A DNA stretch of 64,000 nt, taken from assembly GCA_002269645.1 (NCBI GenBank), contig NIVC01000346.1, positions 186,001 through 250,000 on the forward strand. The letters are read 5' to 3'. This document shows, in pieces, positions 45,339-58,476 of the stretch. The position numbers and the translations under genes are program-made. Numbering within the stretch: the first letter of the stretch is position 1; every line of letters starts with the position of its first letter. The notes under the pieces were generated by a model, which saw nothing but the letters and a program-made list of their open reading frames with translations, searched no databases and was not told the DNA's origin. The DNA is from Macrostomum lignano (Eukaryota).

Positions 45339-46080
45339 GCTCATTTTAGCGCCGCAGGCACTCATTTTGGCGCCACAGGCACTCATTTTGGCGCCGCAGG
45401 CACTCATTTTAGCGCCGCAGGCACTCATTTTCGCGCCGCAGGCACTCATTTTAGCGCCGCAGACAACTCATTTTAGCGCCGCAGGCACTCATTTTAGCGC
45501 CGCAGGCACTCATTTTAGCGCCGCAGGCACTCACTTTACCCCCACAGGCACTCATTTTGGCGCCGCAGGCACTCATTTTAGCGCCGCAGGCACTCATTTT
45601 GGCGCCGCAGGCACTCATTTTAGCGCCGCAGACAACTCATTTTAGCGCCGCAGGCACTCATTTTAGCGCCGCAGACAACTCATTTTAGCGCCGCAGACAA
45701 CTCATTTTAGCGCCGCAGACAACTCATTTTAGCGCCGCAGGCACTCATTTTAGCGCCGCAGGCACTCATTTTAGCGCCGCAGGCACTCACTTTACCCCCA
45801 CAGGCACTCATTTTGGCGCCGCAGGCACTCATTTTAGCGCCGCAGGCACTCATTTTGGCGCCGCAGGCACTCATTTTAGCGCCGCAGACAACTCATTTTA
45901 GCGCCGCAGGCACTCATTTTAGCGCCGCAGACAACTCATTTTAGCGCCGCAGACAACTCATTTTAGCGCCGCAGACAACTCATTTTAGCGCCGCAGGCAC
46001 TCATTTTAGCGCCGCAGGCACTCATTTTAGCGCCGCAGGCACTCATTTTAGCGCCGCAGGCACTCATTTTGGCGCCGAAG
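45339..46080 (+). repeat. 21-bp minisatellite GCACTCATTTTAGCGCCGCAG, about 35 copies
   Basis: Direct reading with recurring GACAACTC and TTTACCCCCACAG variants. Confidence 0.95.
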
Positions 46081-47208
46081 GCGCTATATATTGGCGCCCT
46101 GAAGAAAAATTATTGATTACTACAACGAGCCACAAGGTGGGGTGGGGGGACAAAGCATTGGCATGTCCCCCCCAGAGCTTTTACTGGAGGGAAATGTCCC
46201 GCCCCCCCCCCGGTGACGACGCGCCTGCTTACACCTAGAATACCGGGGAAGAAACCACCTGCATGTAGAGAACATTTACATACAAGATTAGATCCACACA
46301 CGGGCAGATTTTCGTATAAGGGTAGAATATACATTCTTGCAGTTATCTTTAAACGATCCAAGTTTTTCAAACTTTAAAAAAATTCCTGTTTTTGCTTCTG
46401 ATATGCTGGAGATAATTCAGCTCTACCAAAAAGCAGTGAAATGCTCTCCTAGAAAAATCTTTTATTAGCATTTAAACCCCAAAAGGTTAAAGAAAGCTTT
46501 TATGCACTGGAGTTTAATTTTTTTGCAACTTAGTTAATGGACTAGAGCGTTATGGACAAGCAAGCATACAAATATTAGAGATTTAGTATATTTAGATATT
46601 CAAAGAATATTCCATGTTCTGCCGTCATATTCTATTTACGGTCTGCTTTCTTCTCCAAGCCTCTTTGTGTGCTCAGTGCTCACTTTGCGACCCCCCTGGC
46701 TAGTACAAGCTTTCCTTTTGTGTAATGTGTAAACCCTCTTAAGTTCGAAGGCGGCAATCTCATTCTGTCTGCCAGCCCACGTACAGCCCTTGAGTACATT
46801 GACAGCCAAATAAGAACTTAGCCCCTGACCTTTCATTGTACTGTGGCTATCAACTTTCTAATAAATTAAATTGGTCTCGTTTGAGTTTCATAGTTGCGTT
46901 TTTTAAAGCATTTGTCCTATGCTAATGTGGATTGGCTTTAGTCAAGGGCTCAAGTAAAGAAAAGTTGGTCCGCGAGCGCAAACCCACCCCCAGGTTGAGG
47001 GGGGGAGGGTGCTCTGGTGTGGCAGGGCTCAGTCAGAATAATAGAATACACCGCTCTACTTTCATTCCATTTGCACAGTGGAAATTTCCGGGAAACCTTC
47101 CACTGTAGACGGCCAACGCGGGACAAGTTAATATATGTATATAACCAGACTAGAAACTGGAATTCTTATTTTATAGGGTGCTACGGAACTCAGTGAGGCC
47201 CGCCAGCC

Positions 47209-50200
47209 ATGGCAGTGAGTTACGCAGCCAAGATCTATACGAAAGATCGGCTATTCTTCATCAAGTTGCTGTTCCGCTGGGCCGGCAGTGTTTGGCAGTT
47301 GTTGTGGGTTGACTTCCTGGTGTTCGTCGCTTTGTACGTATCACTGGCGGTGCTGTACCAGCTAATCCTGTACAATGACGCCAAGATGAAGGCTACATTC
47401 GAGGTCACAGTGAGCTGGTTGAAAACTGTCAGCACATCCGTGCCGCTTTCGTTCATGCTCGGCTTTTTTGTATCGTCCGTTGTGCAACGGTGAGTTGCTT
47501 TATATTTAATTTTTAAATATATATTCTCGTAATATCGATGAATGTAGGAGATATTTGAAACAGCTTTTGTGCTTTGAATTGTTTTATTTTTATGTTAATT
47601 CTAGATCTCATAACCTACTGTAATATTGGATCGAACCTTGACAGCTTTTAAGGTCAATATAAAAAAGAAGATACTGCATATTTTGTTTTACTTGACACTT
47701 AAACATTTTTGTGCACTGAAGGGTCACATGACCGCTTCATGAATAAGTTGTGCATAAATATAAATATTTTTATATTCTAAGTGATTTATGCTATTCACAA
47801 TGCTTAATTAGCCAAACTGCATGCCCCAGTGACCCAGTTGAAATGGTAAAAAAAAGTTATAAGAAATACACAAAGGTCGCATGCTCTAATGGATTTTATG
47901 AAAGTAATCCCGATTGCTCCGTAGAATAAAGTATATATAAAATGAAAGGTTCCTCCAGTTAATTTCGGCGCGTAAGTTCACATACCCTCAATAATTAAAA
48001 TATAACAATATCCGCTTGATTGAACACCCCTTCAACAGCTGGTGGTCCGTCTGCATGTCCATACCATGGGTGCAGACTCCTTCATTCTACTGTCAGGCCC
48101 TCCTGGACAGCCCGAAAGCCAGTAGGAGCGATCTGGCCAGAAAGTTGCGAATCACCGTGCTGAGGTACCTGAACCTGGCCTGGATCCTCATGATGGCTCG
48201 GGTGTCGCTTCACATCAGAGAACGATTTGGTTATTTCGAACCGAAAAGCAAAACTAAGAAGTTCAAGCACACGTGGAAACGGCGTCTAAAAATGGTCAAC
48301 TCGGACATTAAAGTGCAGAAATATTTTGGCCAGCTGGTTACGGACAATGAGGTGCTGGCATTCGGCCGATCTGCTCAATTGTCAAGCGAGAACAAGCATT
48401 CTTACGACCCGGAGTACTGGCTGCCGCTGGTGTGGGCCACCCGGCTTATTCGCAGGGCTAGGAACTTGGGTGAGTTTTTGTGTTTAGTTCTGTGACAACC
48501 TTAATGTCAGCTAATGTTTTAGCCGATTAGGTCTGGACTCGCATTGTTCAAATTTTAGCATCAAAAACGGTACATTTCTTGTCACAGTAGTGTACAAGTG
48601 CATTTTAGGGTCTCAAGGAGGTAGTAGCACTTTTTGGGATGCTTGGATTGTGGTTGTGGGACTGACACTTCTGGTTCTGCGACTGACACTTTGGGTTTAG
48701 GGACTGGCACGTTGGGTTGTGGGACTGATACTTTCGGTTCTGGGACTGACACTTTGGTTGCTTGGACTGACACTTTGGGTGCTTGGACTGACACTTAGGG
48801 TGCTTGGACTGACACTTAGGGTGCTTGGACTGACACTTAGGGTGCTTGGACTGACACTTAGGGTGCTTGGACTGACACTTTGGGTTCTGGGACTGACACT
48901 TTGGGTTCTGGGACTGACGCTCTAGGTGCTGGGGGCGCATCGATAACTAGTGTGTTTGGTTGTCACGGCCACCAATTCTGTGATGAGGCCTACCATTCCC
49001 TACCCCTCATCCAATCAAGGCAGAACAGCATTTTTGTCCTAAGATACGTTCTGCTTGAACAGAAACACAAGTGATATTTTAATATGTATTCATCCGTCAG
49101 ATTGCATTGCTAACGAAAGACACTGCCTGTGGCTGATGGACATTGTCCAGAAGTTTCGGTTTGATCTACAAAAGATATGGATGTACTCAGAGTTCAACAT
49201 CCCGCTAGTGTACACTCAAGTGGCTGTTACTGCCGTCTACCTTTACCTAGCGTGTACCATTGTCTCAACCCAGCTGATGGACTCCGACATTGTGCAGAGC
49301 AGCACCGCCACTTTCAACGTAAATGGCACTTACAGTCGTACCACGGGACAGCAGGTTCTTGCCTTCATTCCCCTGCTTGGAGGACTCGAATTTATTTTCT
49401 ACCTCGGTGAGTAAAAATTATGGAGGCCTTGTGAGAGCTAGAACTCGTTTAAGTCTCACGAAAAAAACCACGTATCGACGCATTAATTTGGGGTTTGCGC
49501 ATGAAAACCGGTCCAAAGGCTGTCGTGCTCGTAAAGGCAAACGTGCGATGCGCAGAGCATGTACATTGTCATGAGCTTAAGGATGAGAAACTTAGGACGC
49601 CTGTGTACGTAACTGTGTGCTTGTGTGTTCTCAGGGCTCAGCAGAATGACCTTACCATGACTGCTTGACCTGCCCGTTGAAAATGTTATCGTGACAAGGG
49701 TTGCTAGAGTCGTTGCAAACAGCTCAAAGTAGTGACTCTAGCGAGCCTGGGTCGACTATTGTGACTTTTTAATTACTAAAACGGCTGTAATGCTTCGGAG
49801 AGGCGAATGTTGAGTCACGAGCGCATTAAGTGAGTTGTAGAATCCCAAAAGAGTCTCGGAAAAAGTCGTCCAAGTGTGGTTGTGTTCGCGATTAACTTTC
49901 TACTGACTCAAGCACACTGAATATGGTTGTTATAGGAAGCAAAAATGCGAAATGCGATTCAAATTCATGGAGTGACGCAGATGCAACTCAGTGAATCTAA
50001 AGCGATTATAGCACGCCTGAGATACGATTCTACGACCCATTCTAGAAGCGCAGGCAACAAAACGCCTCAACTGACTCTTAGATGACTCTGACGACTTTTT
50101 GTGACTTGTACCGTGATATTTCTGAGCCTGCAACGACTCTGAATTGACTTTAGGGCGACGCAAGTGACTCTGGGTTGCTTCTTGGCCTAGGTTCTGTTAT

Positions 50201-51771
50201 CATTGAGCTGACGTTTGACTGTACGCAAACACAGTGACTAGCTGTAACACAATGGCAGAAATTTGCACAAGCAAGTTAAGTATAGTAAATTTGGCACGCT
50301 TGGCTTATGTCGGTTGTTTGATTCGCAAACAACGTGGATAATTTTCATACTTTCAGGCTGGTTCAAAATCGGCATGTGCCTCTTAAACCCAATGGGCAAG
50401 GACGAGGCCGACATCCCCATGTCCGACATACTCAACTCAAATCTGAAGGGGGCCATCAAGATGGGCGGAGCTGAGGACAGCATTTTTCCACGAGGCCTGA
50501 CTGACAGCGGCGAAGCGGAGGAAGCTCAGGTGAAAATTTGCATTTAAGTTTGCTCCAATCACTCCATTTCCAGACACGAGAGCTGGCTAGAGATGTGCCT
50601 GTAGGAAACCCCTTGAAAAAGACATAGTGCGTCGATATTTTGTAATCAATAACTCATTGACAGAAGAAACTACTCAAGTCTATGCCATGAGCAATTTCTT
50701 GAAAGTCCTTCAGTGCAGACTTGCACATTTCATTTGTGACTCGTGCACAAATATTGAGGAGTTTATCTTCCCTGTACGCCAGGGGTTCGGTGTAGCCTCT
50801 CTATCCGGCCCTCGATCGGGTCCTTTGAATCAATCTGGCCCGCTCAACGTTTGAGTCTCTTCTTAGCTCCCCTCTCTCGATCTAATCTCTCTCCTCTCTC
50901 TCATCTTATCTCATCTTCTCTCCTCTTCTCTCCCTTTCCTTTCCTCCCTCTCCTTTATTCCCTCACCTCCTTTCTCCTATCTCTCTTCTCTCTTCTATAT
51001 TCTCTCTCCTCTCTCTCCTCCTCTGGCCAGCAGTCATGCGATAGGTTCTCTTGACTTAAAAAAATTGCCTACCCTGCTGCACGCCGTTTGTTTTTGCGTA
51101 CCTGTCCTCCAGCATCTGCGACTTTGTGTGCTCAAGGGTCAACACAATAGACATTATTAAGCGATCTTCTTGAGCCAACAATCTTAAGCCTCGTGTTCTC
51201 TTCAATAGAATTTCTAGTTCCTACTAAAAGATTTCATCAAGTCCAACGCAACTTGTCCTAGGTGGCCGATTTCCTTGGCTGTTTCGATTTCTCGCAAGTT
51301 CACGCGCACGACAAATTCGGCAGCGCTGAGCAGACTGAACGGCAGCTCAACAAGGCCATGCTGAAGCGGATGCGGGATCGAGGCAAGCAGCTGGCCAGCA
51401 CGCACGGAGGCGGTCATGGTAGCCACGGCAGCCACAGGGACGGCACGCACTCCGCTGGCTCCCTAGCCGTCCCAAAGTCCGCGCAGTCTTCGGAGAGAAG
51501 CTCCATCCGGAAGAAGAAAGGTCGAAAGTTTAACGACGACAATCAGCTGACGGTCGGATCCAATGGCGACACGGTGCACTCGGCGACATCGCTTGGCGGC
51601 ATCAGCGGCTGGAAACTGCGGGCAGCCGTGGCCAAGTCGCAGAAGCTTCGATCGGGCAAAGCTGAGAGCAGCCTGAACGAAGAGCCAACACAGATCACGT
51701 TTGTTCGGGCAGCAGGTAACGTCCCGGCGGTTGCTGTGGTCGATGCTGACAGCGGAACAGATGTGAAGTGA
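47209..51771 (+). CDS. BEST: Bestrophin family chloride channel (566 aa); exons 47209-47489, 48039-48469, 49101-49406, 50357-50529, 51262-51771
   Basis: F.KLLFRWAGSVW, VPLSFMLGFFVSSVVQRWW, LRYLNL, IPLVYTQV, LLNPMGKDEAD. All introns are GT-AG with matching phases; CDS is 1701 nt. Confidence 0.92.
48650..48925 (+). repeat. 21-bp minisatellite GACTGACACTTTGGGTTCTGG in bestrophin intron 2
   Basis: About 13 copies, direct reading. Confidence 0.9.
50855..51025 (-). repeat. CT-rich tract resembling the reverse complement of the array's GA-rich segments, in bestrophin intron 4
   Basis: TCTCCTCTCTCTCATCTTATCTCATCTTCTCTCCTCTTCTCTCCC mirrors GATGAGATGAGAGAGAGGAGAG motifs. Confidence 0.55.
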
Positions 51772-52474
51772 ACTAACTGAGTTTGTCCTGTTTGATATCA
51801 AATAGTATAGTATTTTTATTTCGTATATTGCGAGCTACTCCACTAAGAACTGCACCCACCAATCAAGCAAAAATGGCCGTCCATATTTTACAAACAAATA
51901 AAGCCGAGACCCGTTGAAGCACTATTTAGAAACGCAGTATTTGTATTTCATTATATTCTGTGAATCTCTGCTCCAGTGTATTTTACTAATTTCTGTAGTA
52001 TTTCCGTATATGTAATTCTTTATAGTATGCTTAAAACTTGATAAGTTGCGCTTGTTTTAAAATACTCTTATTTTGTACTGCGATTATAAGTTCTACAGAT
52101 ACGATTGTAATTTAATTTTGGTTCATTTTGTGCGTGGCTTTGCAGGGAATATACAGTATTGTGCATATGCGTATTACCAGTCTGTATATTATATCAGTAA
52201 AATTAGACTTTTGCTTTGTGCAAATCTCAATTGTGAACAGATTTGAAATCGTATTGTCAACTTATCATAGAGTTTCATGAAATTATTAATGCCGATTCGG
52301 TGCTCCAATTTATATGTCAATCCGATTACTGTACGTTGACCGGGGATTAGCGATCTCTTGTTTTTTCAGTGTCACAAGTTGCTCATGATCTACTTGATGA
52401 GTGACCTAGGTTATGATCTATAAGACACTTTGGGACAAGTACAAATTAAGGCCATGATCCATCAGATGAGACAC

Positions 52475-52545
52475 GGGCCGCAGCCCAGTGGTGTATCGCG
52501 GTGCTCTGATGTGCCAGCGGCCCAGGCTCGATTCCAAGTGCAGTC
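52475..52545 (+). mobile_element. Degraded tRNA-derived SINE head
   Basis: A-box-like CAGCCCAGTGG and B-box-like GGCTCGATTCC at tRNA-like spacing. Confidence 0.35.
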
Positions 52546-53281
52546 ACATTAATTTGGGGCTAAATTGGAATCTCACGAGTCGCATCTTGAAAAATTGAAA
52601 GACCGGTGTCCTATTACAGTTTTATATGAGTCTAAGTGAAGTGCAAGTTTACATATATAGGTCTATTTAGCCTCGGTGCATCAAGTATCAGACATCGATT
52701 ATTCTAAGTCACCTACTTATACGACTGCTAATCCTAAATGTAGCTTTGCAAATATCGATAATCCAAAACGTAACACTGCTGGTCCTGTCAAAATCGCGCC
52801 CCTCGAAGTTTTCGTCAGATGAATATAAACCCCAAAGTATTCTGGGAGAAGCAAACTGAGTGGCTGGTGGAATTTGCAGGCTTTGAATTTGAATACATTA
52901 TTAGTCTGAGCCAAGTTGCCCTCTGAGTAAAAGTAGACTATCGTATTTGCCATTCAGACACGTTAGAAAGGCATTTAGGAGTTTATTGCTATACTACAAA
53001 AGCTTTTCATTGACGACCTGGAAACCCGAACTGTACTGGCACAAATTTCCGCATCGAGCTGAAGATTAACTCCAATGAGACATCTCCGATACCGTTTAGG
53101 ACTAGATTCATCACGATCTCATGTTCTAAACTTCAAATAAAGAAGCATTCTCGGTCGAAGCTCGTAAGTGCAAAAATGATTTACCCTTAGTTGCAAGTTC
53201 GTAGTGCAGAGTAAATGCTTGATTTCCAGACAAAAGCTTCTTAAATGAAAAATATTTTTAATGAGGCCTAGAGTTAAACTA

Positions 53282-54599
53282 CGAGGGGTGATCAAAAAGT
53301 TCTGCAACCTTTTGTTATAGCTTTTAGTTATAGAATCGGGAAAAGCCAAAAACTTACACATATGCAGCTGTATCTGTTTGCTATATTTATATGCAGTTTT
53401 GGCTTCCAAATGTGCTCCAGTAAAATTTCACAGCCATATATTTTCCAAGTGTTTTCAGTAGCTGATGGAAACAACAAAAGACAGTGTTCGCTTCTATATC
53501 TTTATGTGCATGCAACTTGGTTGCAAAGTGACTGAGATTCACACCGATCTGGTGAATGTTTTAGCTGACTCTGCTCCATCATTTGACATGGTTGCCCGCT
53601 GGCTGCACCATTTCTTGGAAGGCTGGGACAGCTTCAACGATGAACCGAGGTCTGGCTGACCCCGGACATCCGTGACCGAAGATGTCGTGGCCCATGCCGA
53701 TGCAATAATTCGTGAGGATTGGAGCATTATGCTAAGATTCATTGCCTATGAGCTTGGTGTCAGCTGTGGAAGTGCTCATAACATCATGCATGAGCAACTA
53801 GGCCGCACAAAGACCTGCGCTCGGTGGGTACCCCATCTTCTCACTCCGGAGCAGCAAGCAGAGAGGGTGCGCATCTGTCGCTTGTGGCTGCAAATTTTTG
53901 AGCCCCACGGCCCACGACGACTGTCGGATGTCATCACAGGAGACGAATGTTGGATCTCCTTCTTTTACCATGAAGGATAAGCAGTCCAACATGGTCTGGC
54001 TGGCAGAAGATGAGCCAAGGCCTGAGGTGCTGAAGACCGGATTCCGCAGTCGGAAGCGGATGTTCACCATTTTTTTCAACTCTCAGGGTGTTGTATCGGT
54101 GAACATCCTTCCAGCGGGTGCCACAGTGACTGCCAGGTACTACACAGACACTGTTCTGCCAGGCGTGCTGCAGGAGCGGCAGGAACGTGCGCGAACCAGG
54201 CATGGACCTCGACTCCTGCTGCACCATGACAATGCGGCACCGCACAGAGCGGCATCAACCATGGCGTACCTGGAGCAGCAGGGGGTCCGGCTGCTGCCCC
54301 ATCCACCCTACTCTCCAGACCTAGCACCTTGCGACTTTTGGCTGTTCCGAGGATCAAATCCGTCATTTCTGGGAGGCCGTTTTCACGCATGCAAGACCTT
54401 GCCCAAGCGGTACATTCAGCTCTACAGGGCATACCAACTTCGGAGTACCAGGACTGCTTTCAGACATGGTGCACACGGATGCGACGGTGCATAGATAGTG
54501 GTGGAAAGTACTTTTAGGGAATGTGACACTGATTAGACGCCTCGGCTGCTGTAGCACAGAGTTGTGAGGTCACTTGCAGAACTTTTTGATCACCCCTCG
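53282..54599 (+). mobile_element. Full-length defective mariner (DD34D) transposon, 1318 bp
   Basis: TA TSD; 26-bp TIR CGAGGGGTGATCAAAAAGTTCTGCAA; WVPHLL, ITGDECW, HHDNAAPH, HPPYSPDLAPCDF; stop at 53657-53659 and two frameshifts. Confidence 0.95.
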
Positions 54600-57402
54600 T
54601 ACGTGCGTGGAGACATTATTCTTGGCACGTGCACGAAAATTGTGCTCTTCTTGTCCAGGATTAGCTAGCTCCCAAGGCACAACTTCCTTGTGCGTGTATC
54701 CCTTGTAAATCTTTTATCTTACATCTTCAGGTCAGCTGGTATCTGCACAAATGCCGTCAGAGCAGCGATGTATTTCAAGCACAAGACGCGTGAAAATATA
54801 CGTAGAATAAAAAATTAACATAGAAATCTAATTTTCTGAACAAAATTTTTATAAATATCGATAGAGCAATAAAAAAGGCACAACAGATCAAAAGATGAAC
54901 ACTGGATCTGCCTCCTATCAAAAGTAATAGCAATTTTTGTGCTGAAAAAATGAAGATTTCCTATCTCCGTAGTGTATTTTTTCGGGAAAAAGTGCCTTCA
55001 AAAATTTTCTAAGAAACGAGGCTTCCCGTCCTTCTACTTGAGTCGTCCTTGCTTAAAACGTCCTCAAGACTTTATTTCTGTATCTATACTGTAACCGTAC
55101 GTACATTGATTGCATTGTGTAAGGAGAAAAGAAGTTAAGCAGGATTCTTGCAGCAGAGTCGGAAAGACAAAAACATAAGTGATAAACAGGCAGAGCGAAA
55201 GAAAACAGTACTATGAGCAAATAAGCAGGAAGTAATATAGCAAACATGTCAAGTGATAGAGGAGAGGAGTCATAGGCTCGATCGCCAGAAGAATATCTAA
55301 AAATTCATGAAGATTATTGTTCTGTGCAACCGATTCCGCACAGATAGACCATGAAGCTCGTCGCGACTAGCCTTTTCGATGTGTTTAGAACGCAGGAGGA
55401 AAAAGAATTCGGCAAAGAAGGAAATTAGCTGCGGTCCGTGGTTGTTGCTTAAACTGTTGCAGGTCAGTGAGTCAATGAGTTGCAAGTCCATTGCCAGCGC
55501 GAAAGAAGATTTATATTTACTGAGAACATTTTTATCGACGACGGCAACTGAGTCTGGTGGCTGAGCGATTTTGTCTTGCTTATAGTTGATACATGCATTT
55601 TCTAAGTGTGATATGTCTTATATTTCTGAGCATCGGCTTTGTACACCATTCTAGCCACAACTTGTGCCATAGATTAAAAAGCTTGGTGACCGGAGGGGGT
55701 GGGTGGATTCTAAAAATCGGCTTCAGATTTTCATCCTTATCGGCACTCTATACTAGGCGACCTCAATACTCTTTGGGAGCAACCAATTTGAGAATTTTGG
55801 CGCGCTATTAATCCTTTCCACAGTTGTGCAAGCCTTAGACAATAGAAAATAACAGATTTCATTAGACAGACAGATATGGCAAACGAAGAATTTAGCGAGC
55901 AGAGCAGTGACGAAAGTTTTGCTATAGCCCAAGGTGCAGTGGATGAGCATCGTGAGAGACACGATTGTTCTCGGCTTATACTGTATGCCATGGTTTTGCC
56001 TTTGCCTGTTTTGATTGGTTTCTCAGAAATCAAAGTGTTAATGTCAATAGTTTTTTGATATGCCATCTATTTGCAGACGTTATTTCAGTGAACTTATTCG
56101 TAAAAGATATACGAGCACTGTGAAAGGGATTAATTGTGCGCCCAGATTCTCAGATTGGTTGCTCCATAGACCCCCTTTTGGGCCATAGACAATGGATAAA
56201 TAATCAGAGGTCCCAGTGCGTGACAACGATTGTCTGCCGAGCGCCGGTAGGCGCGAGCCATAGACAAATCGTTGTCACGTGCTGCGATCGCTGATTCTTT
56301 GCATTGTTATGCTGCTTGACGATCCTACACACAGTGCATTGTTTGTAGTAATATATTTTTCTGCATAAAAAATGTGAATAATGATCATCAAAGGCAACAG
56401 CTAATAAAACTAAAATACAAGCTACACGAAATGAGTTCGTGATAAATTATGTCGCAGTGCACTTAGTCAGTTTTTAGTCGAAATTTGACGATGTAATAAT
56501 CAATTTCTCACCCAAAGCGGTAGTTCTCAAAGATGCTCGACACTTTAGACTCATGATTTAGCACTGCAAAGAGGAATGCGGCAGTTCCGGTATGTCTTCA
56601 TTATTGCCTTGGTCGTTCTCCAGCCAATGAAGGAATTCAGACAATAGCGTTGCTGCTAAATAAACTTTCTGTATGTCGAGTAAGTCTGCCCATTTTGCAC
56701 TGATGTTATTGAAGTTACTTGTGACATCTGAATTGATCCGAGGTTCTTTGCCATAGACACTTATTGGCACTCGGCTGGCGAGCTGAATGCATGCGTTTCT
56801 GCTATGCATGACAGATTTGAAGTTACTTTTCACCGACTTGAAGTGGAAAGGTATATTTTATGCTCCAAAAACTTCAACAGATATTAAAAATTTGATATCG
56901 GAGAGAGACATGTATAAATAATTTATTGCTCAATTTTTTCTCATTCAAAAAGTAGAATTGTCAGTAGAGCTACCAAAAAGGGACTTTATAGTTAAATAAA
57001 CTACATGTACACAACATGGTAGCAACTTTGTCACCTGGTGCCAGTGTTGAAGCTCCAGAAGCTCTGCCTGAGTAAAGGCCAGTGACCAACAAAGTCAGAG
57101 CTGATGCAGACACGTGGTCGACGTTCTGATGAAACTTGGAGGCTCGGCGAGGCCAGGTTGAGACGCAGTGCTGATTGGCGCACAGGGGTGTACTAAATAC
57201 ACTAGCGCGCAAAAATCCGAACTTCTGGAAGAATTTTTGAATATCTCGACGTGATTCTTGATGAAAAGGTGCGCAACAAAAGATCTAACCGTGTTTTTGG
57301 ATTTCGTGTGCCTGCGATGCTCCGCTCCGGTGCAGAAAAATTGTCACGGGGGAATTTCCTCTCAGGGTATCTGATGGCGTCTGAGCAAATCTCTCTTCTC
57401 CC

Positions 57403-57518
57403 TGAGCATATGGCATCCGAGCATGTGATATCTAAGCATTTGGGATCTGAGCATATGGTAATCTGAGAATATGGTATCTGAGCATATGGTATCTGAGCAT
57501 ATGGTATCTGAGCATATG
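57403..57518 (+). repeat. 15-bp minisatellite ATCTGAGCATATGGT
   Basis: About 7 copies, direct reading. Confidence 0.85.
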
Positions 57519-58134
57519 AACAGAAGAGTATAATAAAAATGTGCATGCAAACACGATAAAAAATAAATAACATAGGTTCAAACTGGTTTCAGCTCACACA
57601 GTTAATCTATAAACCAAGCGACCCTGAAAGTTGTTAAATAAGTTTTTAAGTAGACAGTTTGCGAACACGCCCAAGTCCAAAAGTGGCATTGAACTCTACT
57701 GCGAACTCTTATAGCAATTTCAGTTGAGAACAAAAGAGCCTGCTGCTCATTACTCCCAAGACCAGCTAGCGCCACTGGGCACGTTGCGACTCAAACCAGC
57801 GCAATTTTAGCTATTGTCCTCAAACTACTTGAGAAGCTCAATAAGTGCTATCTACTCGTATAATACATTGCATGCAGGCAACAAATTCAATGCAAAGCTG
57901 AGCTACTCTCAAATGGACTGTCAAAGAATAAGGCCAATGCAGTAGCATTCAAGTTCAATTCCCTTAGGGCCTTGGCAATGAGTGAAGAATGGACAATAAA
58001 GCTAATATATGGCTAGGACAGTCGGGGTTGGGGGTTTAACCATTGAAGGAAATTTTTAAAGACCGGAGCACGTGAAGGGGACACAGTGGACCCCCCGCGT
58101 TCCAACGACCGGAAAAACGTGCTGATTTCTACAC

Positions 58135-58142
58135 TATAAATA
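58135..58142 (+). promoter_or_regulatory. TATA box of the peptide precursor gene
   Basis: TATAAATA about 100 nt upstream of ATG 58240; AATAAA downstream at 58836-58841. Confidence 0.65.
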
Positions 58143-58239
58143 CAGGGCCCTTGGATGCCCAGCGGACAACCAAGCAGCCAAGGCTAGATAACTCTACTCC
58201 AGCTTCTCAGCTTCATCAGGCTACAGCTACAAGTTCATC

Positions 58240-58476
58240 ATGAGGTGGCAGTTTGTTCTCGGACTCCTGCTGTGCGCAGCTCTGGCCGCCGCCAGGCCCA
58301 GCAGCCAGGAGATGTCGGAGGAGGACACCAAAGCGATGGCGGCGCTGGAGGCTCTGGCTGACTTGGACGAGCCGGAGATGACGGACGAGAGGGCCGCTCA
58401 GCTGCAGAAGAAATTCCGCATCAGAATCAGGTGGGGGAGGGTTGCCAGAAATGTGTTAAGGCTCCTTGGCAAGTAA
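58240..58476 (+). CDS. Prepropeptide, candidate amidated cationic antimicrobial peptide (78 aa)
   Basis: Signal peptide (aa 1-18), acidic propiece, KK site, FRIRIRWGRVARNVLRLL then G-K-stop; good Kozak context (TTCATCATGA); GC-rich codons. Confidence 0.8.
   Translation: MRWQFVLGLLLCAALAAARPSSQEMSEEDTKAMAALEALADLDEPEMTDERAAQLQKKFRIRIRWGRVARNVLRLLGK

Noticed and set aside
45319-45645. APQALIL-repeat ORF; also the PKCQSKH ORFs at 48582-48940
   Set aside because: Translations of 21-bp minisatellites.
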